Shown here: positions 37,476-49,110 of the stretch, piece after piece
Layout: each line of letters opens with the position of its first letter
Numbering within the stretch: position 1 is the stretch's first letter
Source: Moniliella sp. 'wahieum'
Taxonomy: Eukaryota
NCBI GenBank assembly: GCA_003971905.1
Contig: RSEE01000023.1
Location: 310,001-374,000, forward strand
Direction: 5' to 3'
DNA: 64,000 bases
Program-made: the position numbers and the translations under genes
Notes under the pieces: model-generated
What the model was told of the DNA's origin: nothing
What the model saw: only the letters and a program-made list of their open reading frames with translations
Database searches by the model: none

Positions 37476-40400
37476 CTACTCGTCCGCGTCCTCGGAGCCA
37501 AACCCGTCCGACCATTCGGCGATCATGTCGAAGCCCTCTGGTTCCACCATATCCGCCATGTCCAACTCGTAATCCGGATCGTCCCAATCCACCTCTTCGC
37601 CGTAGTCTGTTCCCTCCGGCACAGTTGCCTTCTTGTTTCCCGACCCACCCTTGCCTTGGTGCTCAGAGGTCGAATCAGTTTTGCGGTCGACGTTCGTACT
37701 CCCTGGGATGCCCTTGGATGAGTCATGCACGGTGCCGGAAACATCAGTCTTGCTCTTGACTTGAGATGCAGCTTTCTCACCCTTCAGCCCCTCAGGTACA
37801 GGCGTAACACCATCCGCGGGATCTTCATGTTTAGACGGAGGTTGCGTCTGGGGAGCAGGCTGTTGGGAAGCATTTGTCTTGGAGATCTTGGGCTGCGAGT
37901 GCACGTCCTCAGGCTTGGATTTGGACTCAGACAGCTTCTGCGCCTCTGGAACGGCCACGCCAACGGTTTGGGCCTCTTTCTTCTGCTCTGTTTCCTTCCC
38001 TTCTTCATTTTCTCCGTCATCTTCTTCATACTCTGGTTCCCCGAGGAAATCGCCGTATCCTGCATCGTGGTCCACCCCCTCCACCTCATCCACATCTTCG
38101 TCCACATCCAAATCATGCTCCAAGCCGAGGTCCTCGCTGTCATCCAGGCCGAGACGCGACGTAGAGCCACCCAATCTCTCCGGCCGAGGCTGATCAGCAG
38201 AATCTGAAGACACAGAGGTATGTGGTGCAATAATGCTCATAGGGGGCCTGGAAATTCCGTCAACGCCCAAACCCACCCGAGTCGGCTTTGTTGTGGTGAA
38301 CGTGGCCCCGGTATTGGAAGGAGCAGGAGAACTGGTGGCGCTTTCGCTGGTCTGAGCGGTAGCAGAATTGCAGGTTTGGTCCTTAGTTTGATCCATAGCT
38401 TGGTCATTTGCTTTGCCTTTAGCTTTGCCTTTAGCTTTGCCTTTAGCTTTACCTTTAGCTTTACCCTTAGCTTGGACTTTATCTTGGTCTTGATCTTGAT
38501 CATTGGCTTGATCCTTAGCTTGATCCTTAGCTTGGTCCTTGGCTTGGTCCTTGGCTTGGTCCTTAGCTTGATCATTAGCTTGGTCTTTAGCTTTGCCTTT
38601 AGCCTGGTCCTTAACTTGGCCCAGAGACCCGTTCTCGGCCTGATTCTTAGGCTCATTTAGCCTCGTTTTCAGTCGTCCCCTTAGTTACGCCCTTGACCAC
38701 GTCCTTAGGTTCGTCCTTAGGTTCGTTTTTAGGTTCATCCTTAGGTCCGTTCTTAGGTTCGTCTTTATATTCGACCGTAGGCTGGCCCTTGTGCTCTTTT
38801 GTGGTTCCCTCCTTGAACTTCGCTTGGGAGTCTTCATTTTCCATCTCTCCGGTTTCTCCTGGCTCGTGGGAGCGGTCTTGGCTTCATGGGCCTTGTGAGA
38901 TTCAAACGTGACCTTCTCGGGTTTGTCACCAGATCCGGCCGTAGTCTGCATAAACATTTTTGAGGTGGCTGGCGCATCCAGCGTTCGCTTTTTGTGTGGG
39001 GGTACCAAAACGGGACCAGTGGGAGCCGAGGCGTTCGTCTTGGGTGCGGGCACGGACACATGGGGGGGCAAGGAAGTAGGCTCTACCTTGAGCTCATCCT
39101 TGACTTTAGACTCTCTACTGGGCGTGTTCTGCTCCTCAGAGTCAAGAGCCGCCTCCTTACCCATCTCATTCTCCTTGGGCTTTTGCTTCTCCTGAGAGCT
39201 GGCTTCAGCGTTCGCCTCGGAATTTCAGACTTGGACACCAGCTCCGCTCCCTTCTTTCGCCCATTTTCTGCACCAGTATCCTTGAGTTCTTGTGACTGGG
39301 GTCCTGGAGAGAAGAAAGTGTCTGGTAAAGGCTTGGAAGGCACCTGCTGCCCCGTAGCTGCGGCTGACCCAGCACCCAAAGGAAACGCAAACTTGAAGCC
39401 TGTCATGGCAGGCGCTTTCCTCTCCTCATCAGGGGGAAAGGACTTGGGTCGGATGTTTCCTGGCGCCGAGGGAGTAAAGGAGTGCGCGCCCGCTCCGCTG
39501 GCTGGGGTTAACCCTGCGGCTGCGGCATCACCAACAGCATGTCCAACCAATGACGGCTCGGAAGTCTGTCCGAGCGTGCCAGGCCGTTCACCCAGACTGA
39601 ACCGGTCAGTCGAAGGCAGAACATCTGCTGTAGGGGTCCGCGCGCCAAGGACGACGGGAGGCCCCGCGGAAATGGGGAAATCGGGAAGGGCCTCAGTACG
39701 ATGAGTGAGAATCGGGGTGGACTGGGCGTGGTAAAAAGCAGTAGCTACAGCGGGGCCCGTGCGCATGCGGGTGAGGACCTGTGTAGCCGCCCGGGAGGAT
39801 GGGCGAGATGAGGAAGAGGAGGGCGAGGATGAGCTAGCGAGTAAGGCAGGTGTGTCGGGCGCGGCCATGTGTGCGCTGAGCTCGAGTTGATCCAAAGCGA
39901 GCGACGAGACGAGTGATTGGGAGGCGATGCTGCGCATCGTCCCAAGTATCACGCCAAGAGGTGGCAGCCTCGCTTGCTGTGTACGTCGCGAACGTTGAAC
40001 CGACAAAGAGGCCAAACGGTCTTCCAACTCATCCGTCTGTCGTTGCATCTCATCCATCTTCTTCCTCAATTGGACCTGAGCCGTGGCTTGTTCGGCCCCA
40101 ATTTTCTGACACGCGCTGGGCAGCGTACTCAGGGTCCATCTGTGCCTGCACAAAGCACGCACCCTCGATTCTCTTCGCCTCTAATGCCGCCCCCCCATTG
40201 CGCAAAGCCGTGATCCGACAGTTTTCCTCTGAACAGTTCTTTCCCAGTGATTCGACCTGAGAAGCAAGCTCGTCAATCACAGCTAGCAGTTGCTGTGCAT
40301 CTCCAAGAGCCCATGAGCCAGAGAGGTCCGCAAGCTTCTTTTCTCCCGTTCGACGCCTTATGCCAGCAACTTGCTCCCCCTGGTCTCGGGCGCGATTTCT

Positions 40401-41024
40401 TAACTGGATAAAAAAGTTAGTTCCTGATCAAGCAGTCGACCAAAACGAAACATACTGATGCCAGATCATGCTCGAGAGACTGGTAGACATTGTAAAACGC
40501 AGTTTGAATCTCTTGTGTAACTGCCGCAGGATCTGATCCAGCGACAGTAGGCAGTGAAGAATGATGAGGGGGAATAACGGGTGAAACAAAAGAAGGTGCA
40601 CCAAATGGTGTAGACTTGTCCTTCTCCACCGCCGCCATGTCGACATTCAAGTCTGACTGGTTCTTCTTAGGAATGTCTTCGTTTTGGACAATTTCAGTAG
40701 GAATCCTCGGGCCAGCGAGACTGGCAGAATGCTTCGCACTAGGCGGTGAAGGCGCCGGGGGATCAGCCTTCGGATGCGTAGCCGGATCAGAAGCGGTTAC
40801 AGGAGATGGTGACTTTGGCTCGGTTTAGGTGTTGCCTTACTTGCCTCGCCCAGACCACTGAAAGCAGAAGATGAGGATGCTTCTCCCCCATTTTCCCCCT
40901 TGGCAGTAGAGCGAGATTCCGTTGGCGGCGTCAAGACTGCCTTCGGTGCGTCCGGCCGCTTGTCAAGCCCCTGAGAACGTTGGGTTTTGCCTTTCTTTCC
41001 CTTCGAGTGCTTCCCGCCGGGCAT
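37476..41024 (-). CDS. Protein with a Nup159/Nup214 C-terminal-like coiled coil and a long tetrapeptide-repeat, acidic tail
   Basis: Starts MPGGKHSKGKKGK; 52-nt intron at 40404-40455. The segment LEAKRIEGACFVQAQMDPEYA..R..GPEQATAQVQLRKKMDEMQRQTDELEDRL...RLPPLGVILGTMRSI recalls the basidiomycete Nup159 C-terminus. Frameshifted. Confidence 0.6.
38395..38765 (-). repeat. Coding 12-bp minisatellite encoding KDEP/KDQA/KGKA tetrapeptides
   Basis: Plus-strand units ctttagctttgc, cttagcttgatc, cttggcttggtc, cttaggttcgtc. Confidence 0.9.
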
Positions 41025-41295
41025 AGTCGGGCTTGATGGTGGTTGGGATGGAGAGAGAAGACGATGTTGGATCGTTGATCGTCGATCATTATTGGTGGGT
41101 AGAGCCGTTGTGGACACGCTGTCAATGCTTACGTACACCACCTGGGTAGCCAATTCTTTGATGAAGGGGGAAGTCCGTGCGCACAGAAAATGGGACATCC
41201 ACCCCCGCCCCACACTCATCATGCATCACCACGTTCGTTTATCCTAGTAACCATGGCCAGCACGAGCCTTGACTTCTTTGCGTCTTCTGATGTAT

Positions 41296-41337
41296 TCATG
41301 TCATTTACGGGACTTGAGGCTGGGACCAAGAAACGCT
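41296..41337 (-). mobile_element. Very diverged 3'-end relic of the CRE-like element
   Basis: tcatgtcatttacgggacttgaggctgggaccaagaaacgct resembles 10465-10521. Confidence 0.45.
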
Positions 41338-41812
41338 GCACCTGTCAGTGTCATAGTTTGGCTGATCTCGCTCCTATGTTTCCAATTTCTTCGTCCCGAC
41401 GAGCGTCTCGTTCGTTCCCGGCTGTTCTTCCGCTTCGCCCCACGTCCTCTGCTGTTGCTTCTTCCCCACGAACTATTTCTACAACCCTTGCCTAGTCCCG
41501 ACTCTGGTCACCCTCGCCTTAGCCCCGACTGTGACAGTCAGGCTCGTTCATTGAGTTCATCGGGCGAATAAACCGCAAACAAGACCATCCCTATTGGCCC
41601 TCCCTTCATCGATCCCCAGTCCCTCTCCATCCTCTCAGTAATACTAAGCACAGGGACGCTCAGGACATAAAATGCCCGACCACCACTCATCAACATACAT
41701 TCAAACTTGATTCGCCTCTGCGTATATACGCCCACGCAACCTTGGCACTCACAACCATCCCCCGTTTCAGTGTTCTCCCCTCCTTTTTAATGTCGTTGAT
41801 GATATCCAACCC

Positions 41813-44800
41813 TCAGGGTGTCCAACCCCCCAATCTCAACTGAGCTGTTATCCTCGACAGCCTAGAGAAGATAGGCAAGTCTCCCCTCCATTCCTGCGCG
41901 GCAGGATACAGATTCGTGCTAATCTGGTGTCCAGCGCCCCCCAGAAGCACCTCCTTCTGTATAGGCACTGAAGCCGGTTGTGAATGCTGTCGGCTTTCGA
42001 TACTTGGAGTGACACCAAAATGTGCTTTCTCCATGTCCGAAGGCTGGAGCAGTGCCACTGCCTCCTCATCTTCTTTGGACACGGAAGGGGAAGAGGAAGA
42101 GGAACTGGACGGGTCCTCTGTGTGAGAAGAGAGGGAGGGCAAGGTTGACCCCTCCGATCTTTGGTTTTCCTCAGGATCACTGGCCCTGAGGGATCCCGCC
42201 CCGCCCGTGCTCTCAATGTCCAAGGAAAAAGATGGCGGCGTCTGTCTGGAAAGCCAAGTTGGATGAGGGGGCGTCCTCATCCCCAACACGGAGGCACTTT
42301 GTTCCAGTGGAACTGGAGTTGATGATGCGTTCACTGGAGGAAAGGCATCCAGCGGAAGTAAAGGAGTGATATTTTTCCCCTCCACCTCTTCATCCACGAG
42401 AATCTTCGGTGGGTGTACGTGGCAGGTCGATCCCAGCTTTCCTGGATCAATCCATGGCTATTACCCCCGAGCGCTGTCCGTTCGCCGACGGTAGAATAAG
42501 AGGTAAGCAGCGGGGGTCTTGATCGCATCTGCAACCAAGATGGGGGTGACTGTGTCATCATTAAACTGGTACCACTTTCCCCTTCAGAGGGTCTTGCAAA
42601 AGCAGTATAATGGCCACCCCGTTGCAATCCATAATGGTTAACCACCGCATACAAGTCATACACGCATCCTTCCTTAGTGTCCCGCGCAGACAAAGGGGCG
42701 TGCCCATACGCGCCCAAGTCCAATTCGTAGGGGAAGCACCAAATCGTCCAATTTGCAACTCGGAGAGACAGCTGAAAAGCGTTTAAGGTGAATGACAAGA
42801 ACGTCGGGCAACTTCCACAACTGGATTTGTGGTGGCTTTTCGACGCCGCTCGCAGTTGGTGCAATACCAAAGGTCTCCTTCACCCAGCTGTTCGGGTAAA
42901 CTCATCTAAACAATCCCGAAGCGTCAGGCCCTCCTTCTTTTCTTCCCCTGTGGTAGAAGAGATATCTTCTGTTCCTTCTGGTCCTTTTGAGACATTTTTG
43001 GTTCCCTCATGTGGAAGAGACTCGTCCGACTTGCGCTGTGTTGACTCCTTGTTCTGCAAATTCTCTTTTCCCCCCGTAGGCCGAGAGTTTTGGACCTCGA
43101 ACATTCCTGTGCTTGCCCCCTCGGACCATACACACGCAACCCCTGCCCACGAAGAGATGAATGGAGTGGGAGGCCTTTCCCCTGATGGTTCATCAGGCCT
43201 GTTGGAGTGCTCGTCGCCCTCAGAGAGTAGCCGCTCAACCCGGATTTCAAAGCTCTCGTGGTTTAATCCACCAGCTGAACGAGGGAGTTCTCCCTCGCCC
43301 TCGAAATAGAAATACTCTCTTGTACCGAGGAGACGTGGCGTTGCCTTCTCTGCAGATAGCGAGGCAGTAGTAGACCCGGGGACTTCATCCCGACTTGACG
43401 GATGATCGAGAAGGGAAGAGTACTTCCCACAATAGTATTCCTTGGTGTAACGCATCTCCACCCGACAGCGGACCCGATCCGGTTTATTCCGCAACGCGGC
43501 CGGCACAGTAACGAGAAGAAAGCCTCATATCCATCTCCCTTTCGCTGGAAGCTGAACACAGGTACAACGACACCGCATTGCCCCTTCCTTCTGGGCCCAA
43601 CATGTGCCGATCCACTTTCCAAGGCAGCAAGTACGCGACAAGGACGTCTTGACCTTCTCCCAGTTCGGCGACGGGATCCCAGTCGTTGCACCAATGTTGG
43701 ATAACATGATCGCGGACCAAGGCGAGGACAAGGCGATCAACAACGCGAACGTGACAGGCAGTAGCAACGCGTTCCTTGACATGAACGAGAATGCTATCTC
43801 GGCGCACCTCGATGGGCAGCCACCAGGCTGGGTTGTGGTAGGGGATTACCAACACGTCGGTGCTCCAGGTGCGGTGTGTCGGAACAGGCAGAGTGAGATA
43901 CATAAAGGGATCAAAAGTGAGGGACTCCCTCTTGCACGCAGAGCAAATCAAAGTGGACTGGAACTGGCCCTGGAAAAGGTCCACAATGATACTGTCGTTC
44001 CTACCTTTGTAGAGATCCCAATGGGCCTGGGCAAATGCAGCTCGTGCTTCGTCGTTACCACCTTTCCACTCGGGGAGAGAGGAGGATGGCTTGACCCGCG
44101 CTCGATTTAGGTCCTCGTGTAGTGTATCCAGTAGGAAGGCGAGCAATTCCTGGCTATCTTGCTGCTCAAAACCAGCAAACTGCGATCCCAGCGCGGCAAG
44201 GGAGTTTTTGAACTCCTTTGGGCTGACAGAATTTTTGGAGTATGCAACTCCATCGTTCTTGCTCTTCCGGTTTGGATCCCACATGGCCTTCAGGAGCCGC
44301 TGAAACGCTAGGGCCAGTTTTCCTCCAGATCCCAGCGGATTGTGGCGATTAAGTTCCTGGGACACGATGGGCGCCATAAAGTAGGCTTGCATCTCACGCG
44401 TATGAGAAAGACATTGGATGGCACTGTTCATGTAGCAGGTGTTGCCCAAGTTGTCCAACCCCACCACACCCGGTACAAGGGTGTTGGGGGCTAGCCTGGG
44501 TTTCCCCTCTTGAGAACCTAAACTAGTATCCTTCAGGCGTGGAGGGCAGGCAGGGGTGGGAATAGCCTGCTCTACTGTCTTGACAGTGGCGGAAGGCAAG
44601 GTGAGAGGGCTCGTATGAGGTGCGAAAGAGGGCTTGGGGTTCATTTTCATCTCGTACTTTACTATAGACGAGGAGGACGAAGAACGCCTGGGCTCATCTT
44701 TCCCATTGGTGCTTTTCACTCTTTGTTCCAACTTATTCTCCTTCTTGGCGTTCAACTCCTCCGGCTGGCGCCCCCATTTCGTCCACTTACTGGTAGAATA

Positions 44801-45987
44801 GGTCCGATTTTCAACAGGGAATAACTCTGTCCCAGCCCTAGGATATGGATGAAATCTGGTGCCAGGTAACTTGCTGTAAATGGGATTGCGTTCTTGTCGC
44901 TCCAGTTGCGCGGGTACGGGGTCGGCGAGTTCTTCCACTCCCAACACATGGAGGGGCAGGGAACACTCTCCGATCATTGGATCTACTTTATCCATCTCGA
45001 TGGTCTCCCACAGAGAACCGGTCGACGCAATTAGCGCGAGGCTTATATCCGAAGGGGATGATACCAAATCGGGGACATAAGCTTGGGGGAGACGGGCAAG
45101 GCGAAGAGATTTGGAAGAAAGGTTGAGTCCAGCTTGGGCTTGAACCATTACGACGCTCAATCGGGTGTTATTGGAAGGGTAGAGCGTCACTTTTGTGCGT
45201 GCATTTGGTAGGGGTGGGAAAGATCCGATTCGGACAACCCAAATGTCCACGGGGTAGAGGTCAATGCTTAGATTTCCACGGGGGGGTGCGGCTACTACGA
45301 CGGGCCGGGGGAAAGCAGGTCCGTCGACCTTATAATCTGAGCTAGAATGTGGGAAACAAACCAGGCAGGCAACGGTTAGTCTCGCGTTGTTGGGTATTGT
45401 ATAGAGTGAAGACGGGAGGACTACTCCTAAACGACGAATACGTACCCATTTACTAGAGAGAGCCAGATGTTTTCGGGGACTGTGAAGAATTCCTCTTCAC
45501 GCAAATTCCGGCGGAGATGAGAGAAGCCGTTCTGGTCCGGTGGACCAGCAGCAAGGCGCCATGTTTGGATATGCCCACTTTCAAAGTACTTCGGAAGCAC
45601 GTACCATGTCTCCCCCAGTCCAAACGGAATGTTGTGGCAGAGGGCACATAAGAACTCATCAAAAATGGCGGTAAAGGGAGGCCAGAAACTTTCCCTCCTA
45701 GAGTTAAAAAAAGCAGGAGGCGACGGAGTGCGACAGGTAACGGGCTCCAGCGACGAAGTGGGCCGGACTGTTTCTTCAGGAAGAAGGATTGGGGGCGGGA
45801 GTGGGGACGGCTGCGAAGTCGTTTGGGTGGCATGGTCTCGTGGAAAGAGAACATGTTGCCCATTTTTAGTGTTCAAGTCACACTGCAGCCACTGAAAAGA
45901 AAAGCCGTAAGAAGGTGTGGAGGAACGGGAAATGTGGGAGGTGGCGGTGTCGGAGGTGGAGGTGGGTTAGGTGGAGGTGGCGGGCAT
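41813..45987 (-). CDS. Ubiquitin C-terminal hydrolase, USP4/15/Ubp12-like (DUSP plus C19 peptidase)
   Basis: DUSP-like GETWYVLP...VPENIW; Cys box GLDNLGNTCYMNSAIQCL; QQDSQELLAFLLDTLHEDLNR; TFDPFMYLTLP; LWKLPDVLVIHLKRF; His box YDLYAVVNHYG...GGHYTAFA. Intron at ~45342-45445. Ends approximate. Confidence 0.93.
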
Positions 45988-46567
45988 CTATATCGCCTTT
46001 CTTTGTCTATGCGACGATGCCACATGACGTGGCCACTTGTACGTGAAAGAGAGGTACGGCAGGGTGTGTATGTGGTCAAAACCCGACGCACAAACCCCCA
46101 AGAATTTGTGTCTACCTCACCCCAAACGTGAGTAGACTTCCACATTTGCGTTGTGCTCAGTATGACCCTAACCCCCCGCGGTACCCACAGACCACCTATA
46201 TGCCAGTGATTATATAGTCACGTATATGAGTGCTACTCTATGTAGTAGTCACTACTCCTATATTATGACGCGCTACTACTATACACACCTCTCATTAGTA
46301 CTAGTATCTCTCTAGTTCCCTTCTATACTGTCGAGCAAGATACAAAAATCCACTGTACAGGGAAGACGCGCACAAGGGATGAGTAGGTCGATGAGGTGTA
46401 GAAGCATAGGCAAGAGCAAGAGAAGCAAGTGAAAAAAACAGGAGGGGTAACAATGAGTAGTACGAGAGATTGCGAAAGAAAGCATGGAAAGGCATAGAGT
46501 ATAGGGGAAGAGCACTCGGATCACGCATTCGAGACGATCCCAATGTCGCCTTCATTATAGAAGCCAT

Positions 46568-48507
46568 TCAAGCTTCGACTGAGGCCGAAACATGTACTGT
46601 TGTAACAAAACTGAACATAGTGGCGGAAGAGCGAGAGAGTTGGCACAATCGGCGGCGTTGACAACAAGCTCTCAGCTCAGGCCTGTTGTGTCTCTTCGGG
46701 CCAGGGCCTGCTGCTGCGGGCCTGATGCTGGATCCAAGCTGATACATCGCCCGAGGGGCGGTACCGGCGACCGTACCCACTCCCTTCGCCATCAGGACGG
46801 GAACGGCGCCGGGCAAGTTTGCGTGTCTCGCCTTCTACCACACCTGCCAAGCTCGACCTGGGCGGGTAGGCTGCCCTCGGGGTAAAGGGTGGCGGGAGCG
46901 TAAGGGTCATACTCGTCATGGGAGGGCGCCTTGCGCTTGTTGGAGGGGGAGCGGACCACTTCACCATACAATGGCTCCGTGGCCTCGTATGGATCCAGGT
47001 TCAGGTTGGCCACATGGGACGAGACGGACTCCAGAGCTAGAGCGGTGCTGGCCCGTGCGTGGCTTTGTGCCAGCGGGGTCTGACTCGGAGCAAAGGAGAA
47101 GGGGCGCTGGGTCCCTTGGCCGAAGGCTCACTTGGGGCGGAAGTGACAGTGGCGACATCGGTCGCAATGGAATGCGGGTTTTCCGAGGATGGAACGGAAC
47201 GAAGCGGGTCCGGTTCCTCTTCTTCGCTGCGGAGCTTGCCGTATTGTCCCCACCACCAGAGGCATACGATGTCCCTTGTTCCTTTGTCTGGCGGAGGGTG
47301 GGGAGGCCTGCAGCCGCACCGGTTCCCCCTCCAATGGCACAGCACGGCGAATCGGGCTCCTTGGACGCGGTCCAACGGGTCCTATCCGTGCCTGATTCGA
47401 TCCACGGGACCCTGTCGAGCGGTGTGTCGTAGCTGAGGCAATAGTAGCTCCAGACCTGGTCCGCATCAAATCTCCTCCCCTGGTGGTGGAGGTGGACTTC
47501 ATGCGCACGTGCCCGTTTTGCTTGCGAGAAGAAAACTCCTGCATTGACATCTTTTCTCGTGGGCGGGTAAATGCACCAGGCCGCGGGCGTGGTCCTTGGG
47601 TGCGTCCTTGGCGCACTGGACGCTCAGGGGAAGGCGGGGGTACCGATACATTCCGCCTTTTTCAGGAGAAGCGTTGAGCACCAGCGGCGCATCCTCCTCC
47701 AAGTCAGGACGGTAATCTTCCTCCAGAGGAGCTTGGGGAGTTGAGGTAGAGGGGGAGCGGAGAAGACATATGGTTTACTGTCCAATTTGGAGGGGGGTAG
47801 CGGGGGCAGATCTCCGTACCCTCCCAGCTCAGGCTGGGTGAATTGTGGTGGCGTGGGGTCGCTAAACGGGTTGGAGAATGGGTCATTCTGTGGCACGGGA
47901 GGAAAGTAGGCTGGCTCGGCCAACCCAGAGTGGTGGGCTTGCTGGCGGCGTAGGCCAGTGCCGAGTTGGCATGTTTGGGTGCTTTCTTAATGGTCAAGGG
48001 GACAGTTCCTTCGGAGACCATTTCCACGGGTTGTACTGGCGAGACGGGGCGGCGCGTAGCGATCTCCTGAGACAAAGGGATCAATGGCGGCGCGGTTACT
48101 GAAGGGGTCGTCGGCCCTTTGGGGCCAGGGAGCCAAAGACAGCCGCGGCCGAGGAGGGATAGGTGGGATCGTCGTCGGTGAGCATGGCTCGGTGTGTGGG
48201 GCCCGGGCCCCGATGGCCACGTAAGACGGTATTTTTTCTGCTTGGGAGCGGATGTGTTGAGTTGCGGAAGAGCCTGGGCGGCGGCGACAGAGGTAGATGA
48301 GGCCGGCCATGAGTGCGACCCAGGCAATGGCGCCAAAGAGGAGGAAGAGCGGGGTGGTGAAGAGGATGTGGCCATTGCCGTAGACAATGCCCTCGGGGAA
48401 GTCGCCTGGGTTGGCTGCGCGAGGTCGGTGACGACCTCGGACGCCTTGATGGATCTGGGGGCGAGTGCCTGGGAGGCCGCGTGGGCGAGGGAGCGGGTGG
48501 GGGGCAT
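46568..48507 (-). CDS. Hypothetical single-pass membrane protein with a Pro/Ser-rich cytoplasmic tail
   Basis: TM-like LFTTPLFLLFGAIAWVALMAGLIYLCRRR; overlapping Pro-rich ORFs with DPFS/NPFSD motifs; frameshifted. Confidence 0.55.
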
Positions 48508-49110
48508 TCTGGTGGCGCCCGGGGCGGTGCAGCGTCGAGGCGTGGCAGCGGACGAGGGTGGTGGGGGCGAGAGAGGTGGGCAGGCAGGCGGGGGTGCTGG
48601 CTATAGCGAGGCAGGATTGTGCGCTGAACATCTATCTGCGCAGCCATCCTGCTCGCCCCGCCTCAGCTCGCAGCGCAGGGCCAGTGTGGCTGCTGGCGGC
48701 TCAAACCATGCGAGGTGTGCAGCGGGGCGTCCGGCAGCTAGTATTCACCCAGTCGTTGAATGTTCAAAACGGGCATCCACGATTGAACGTTGAGACGTTG
48801 AGGCCAGAGTGTCAAAGGGTTAGAGTTTCAAGTTTACCCGGTACGAACATCGCACGAGCGCCCAGCGCTGAGTCTGAGCGCTGACTCCGCCCGAGGATGC
48901 TGGTGCGGTCCGTCGGGCACCCACCGCTGTCCCGCAATCTGAGTAGGCTATTGGATCCCTCTCGGCGCCATTCTGCGTGGACTGGGGCTTGAACACTTCT
49001 TTCCGCTACTCATCTCTCTCCTTTGGAGCTACAAGCCCACGTTGCGAAAGAGGCTGATGAAAACATCATGACGGGCTTATGATTCCACAGGTGTCCGTGT
49101 TCTCATTAGT

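Noticed and set aside
38237..38656. ORF rich in KLR/KPR/KLK resembling a histone H1-like basic protein
   Set aside because: An alternative frame of the KDQA/KGKA minisatellite.
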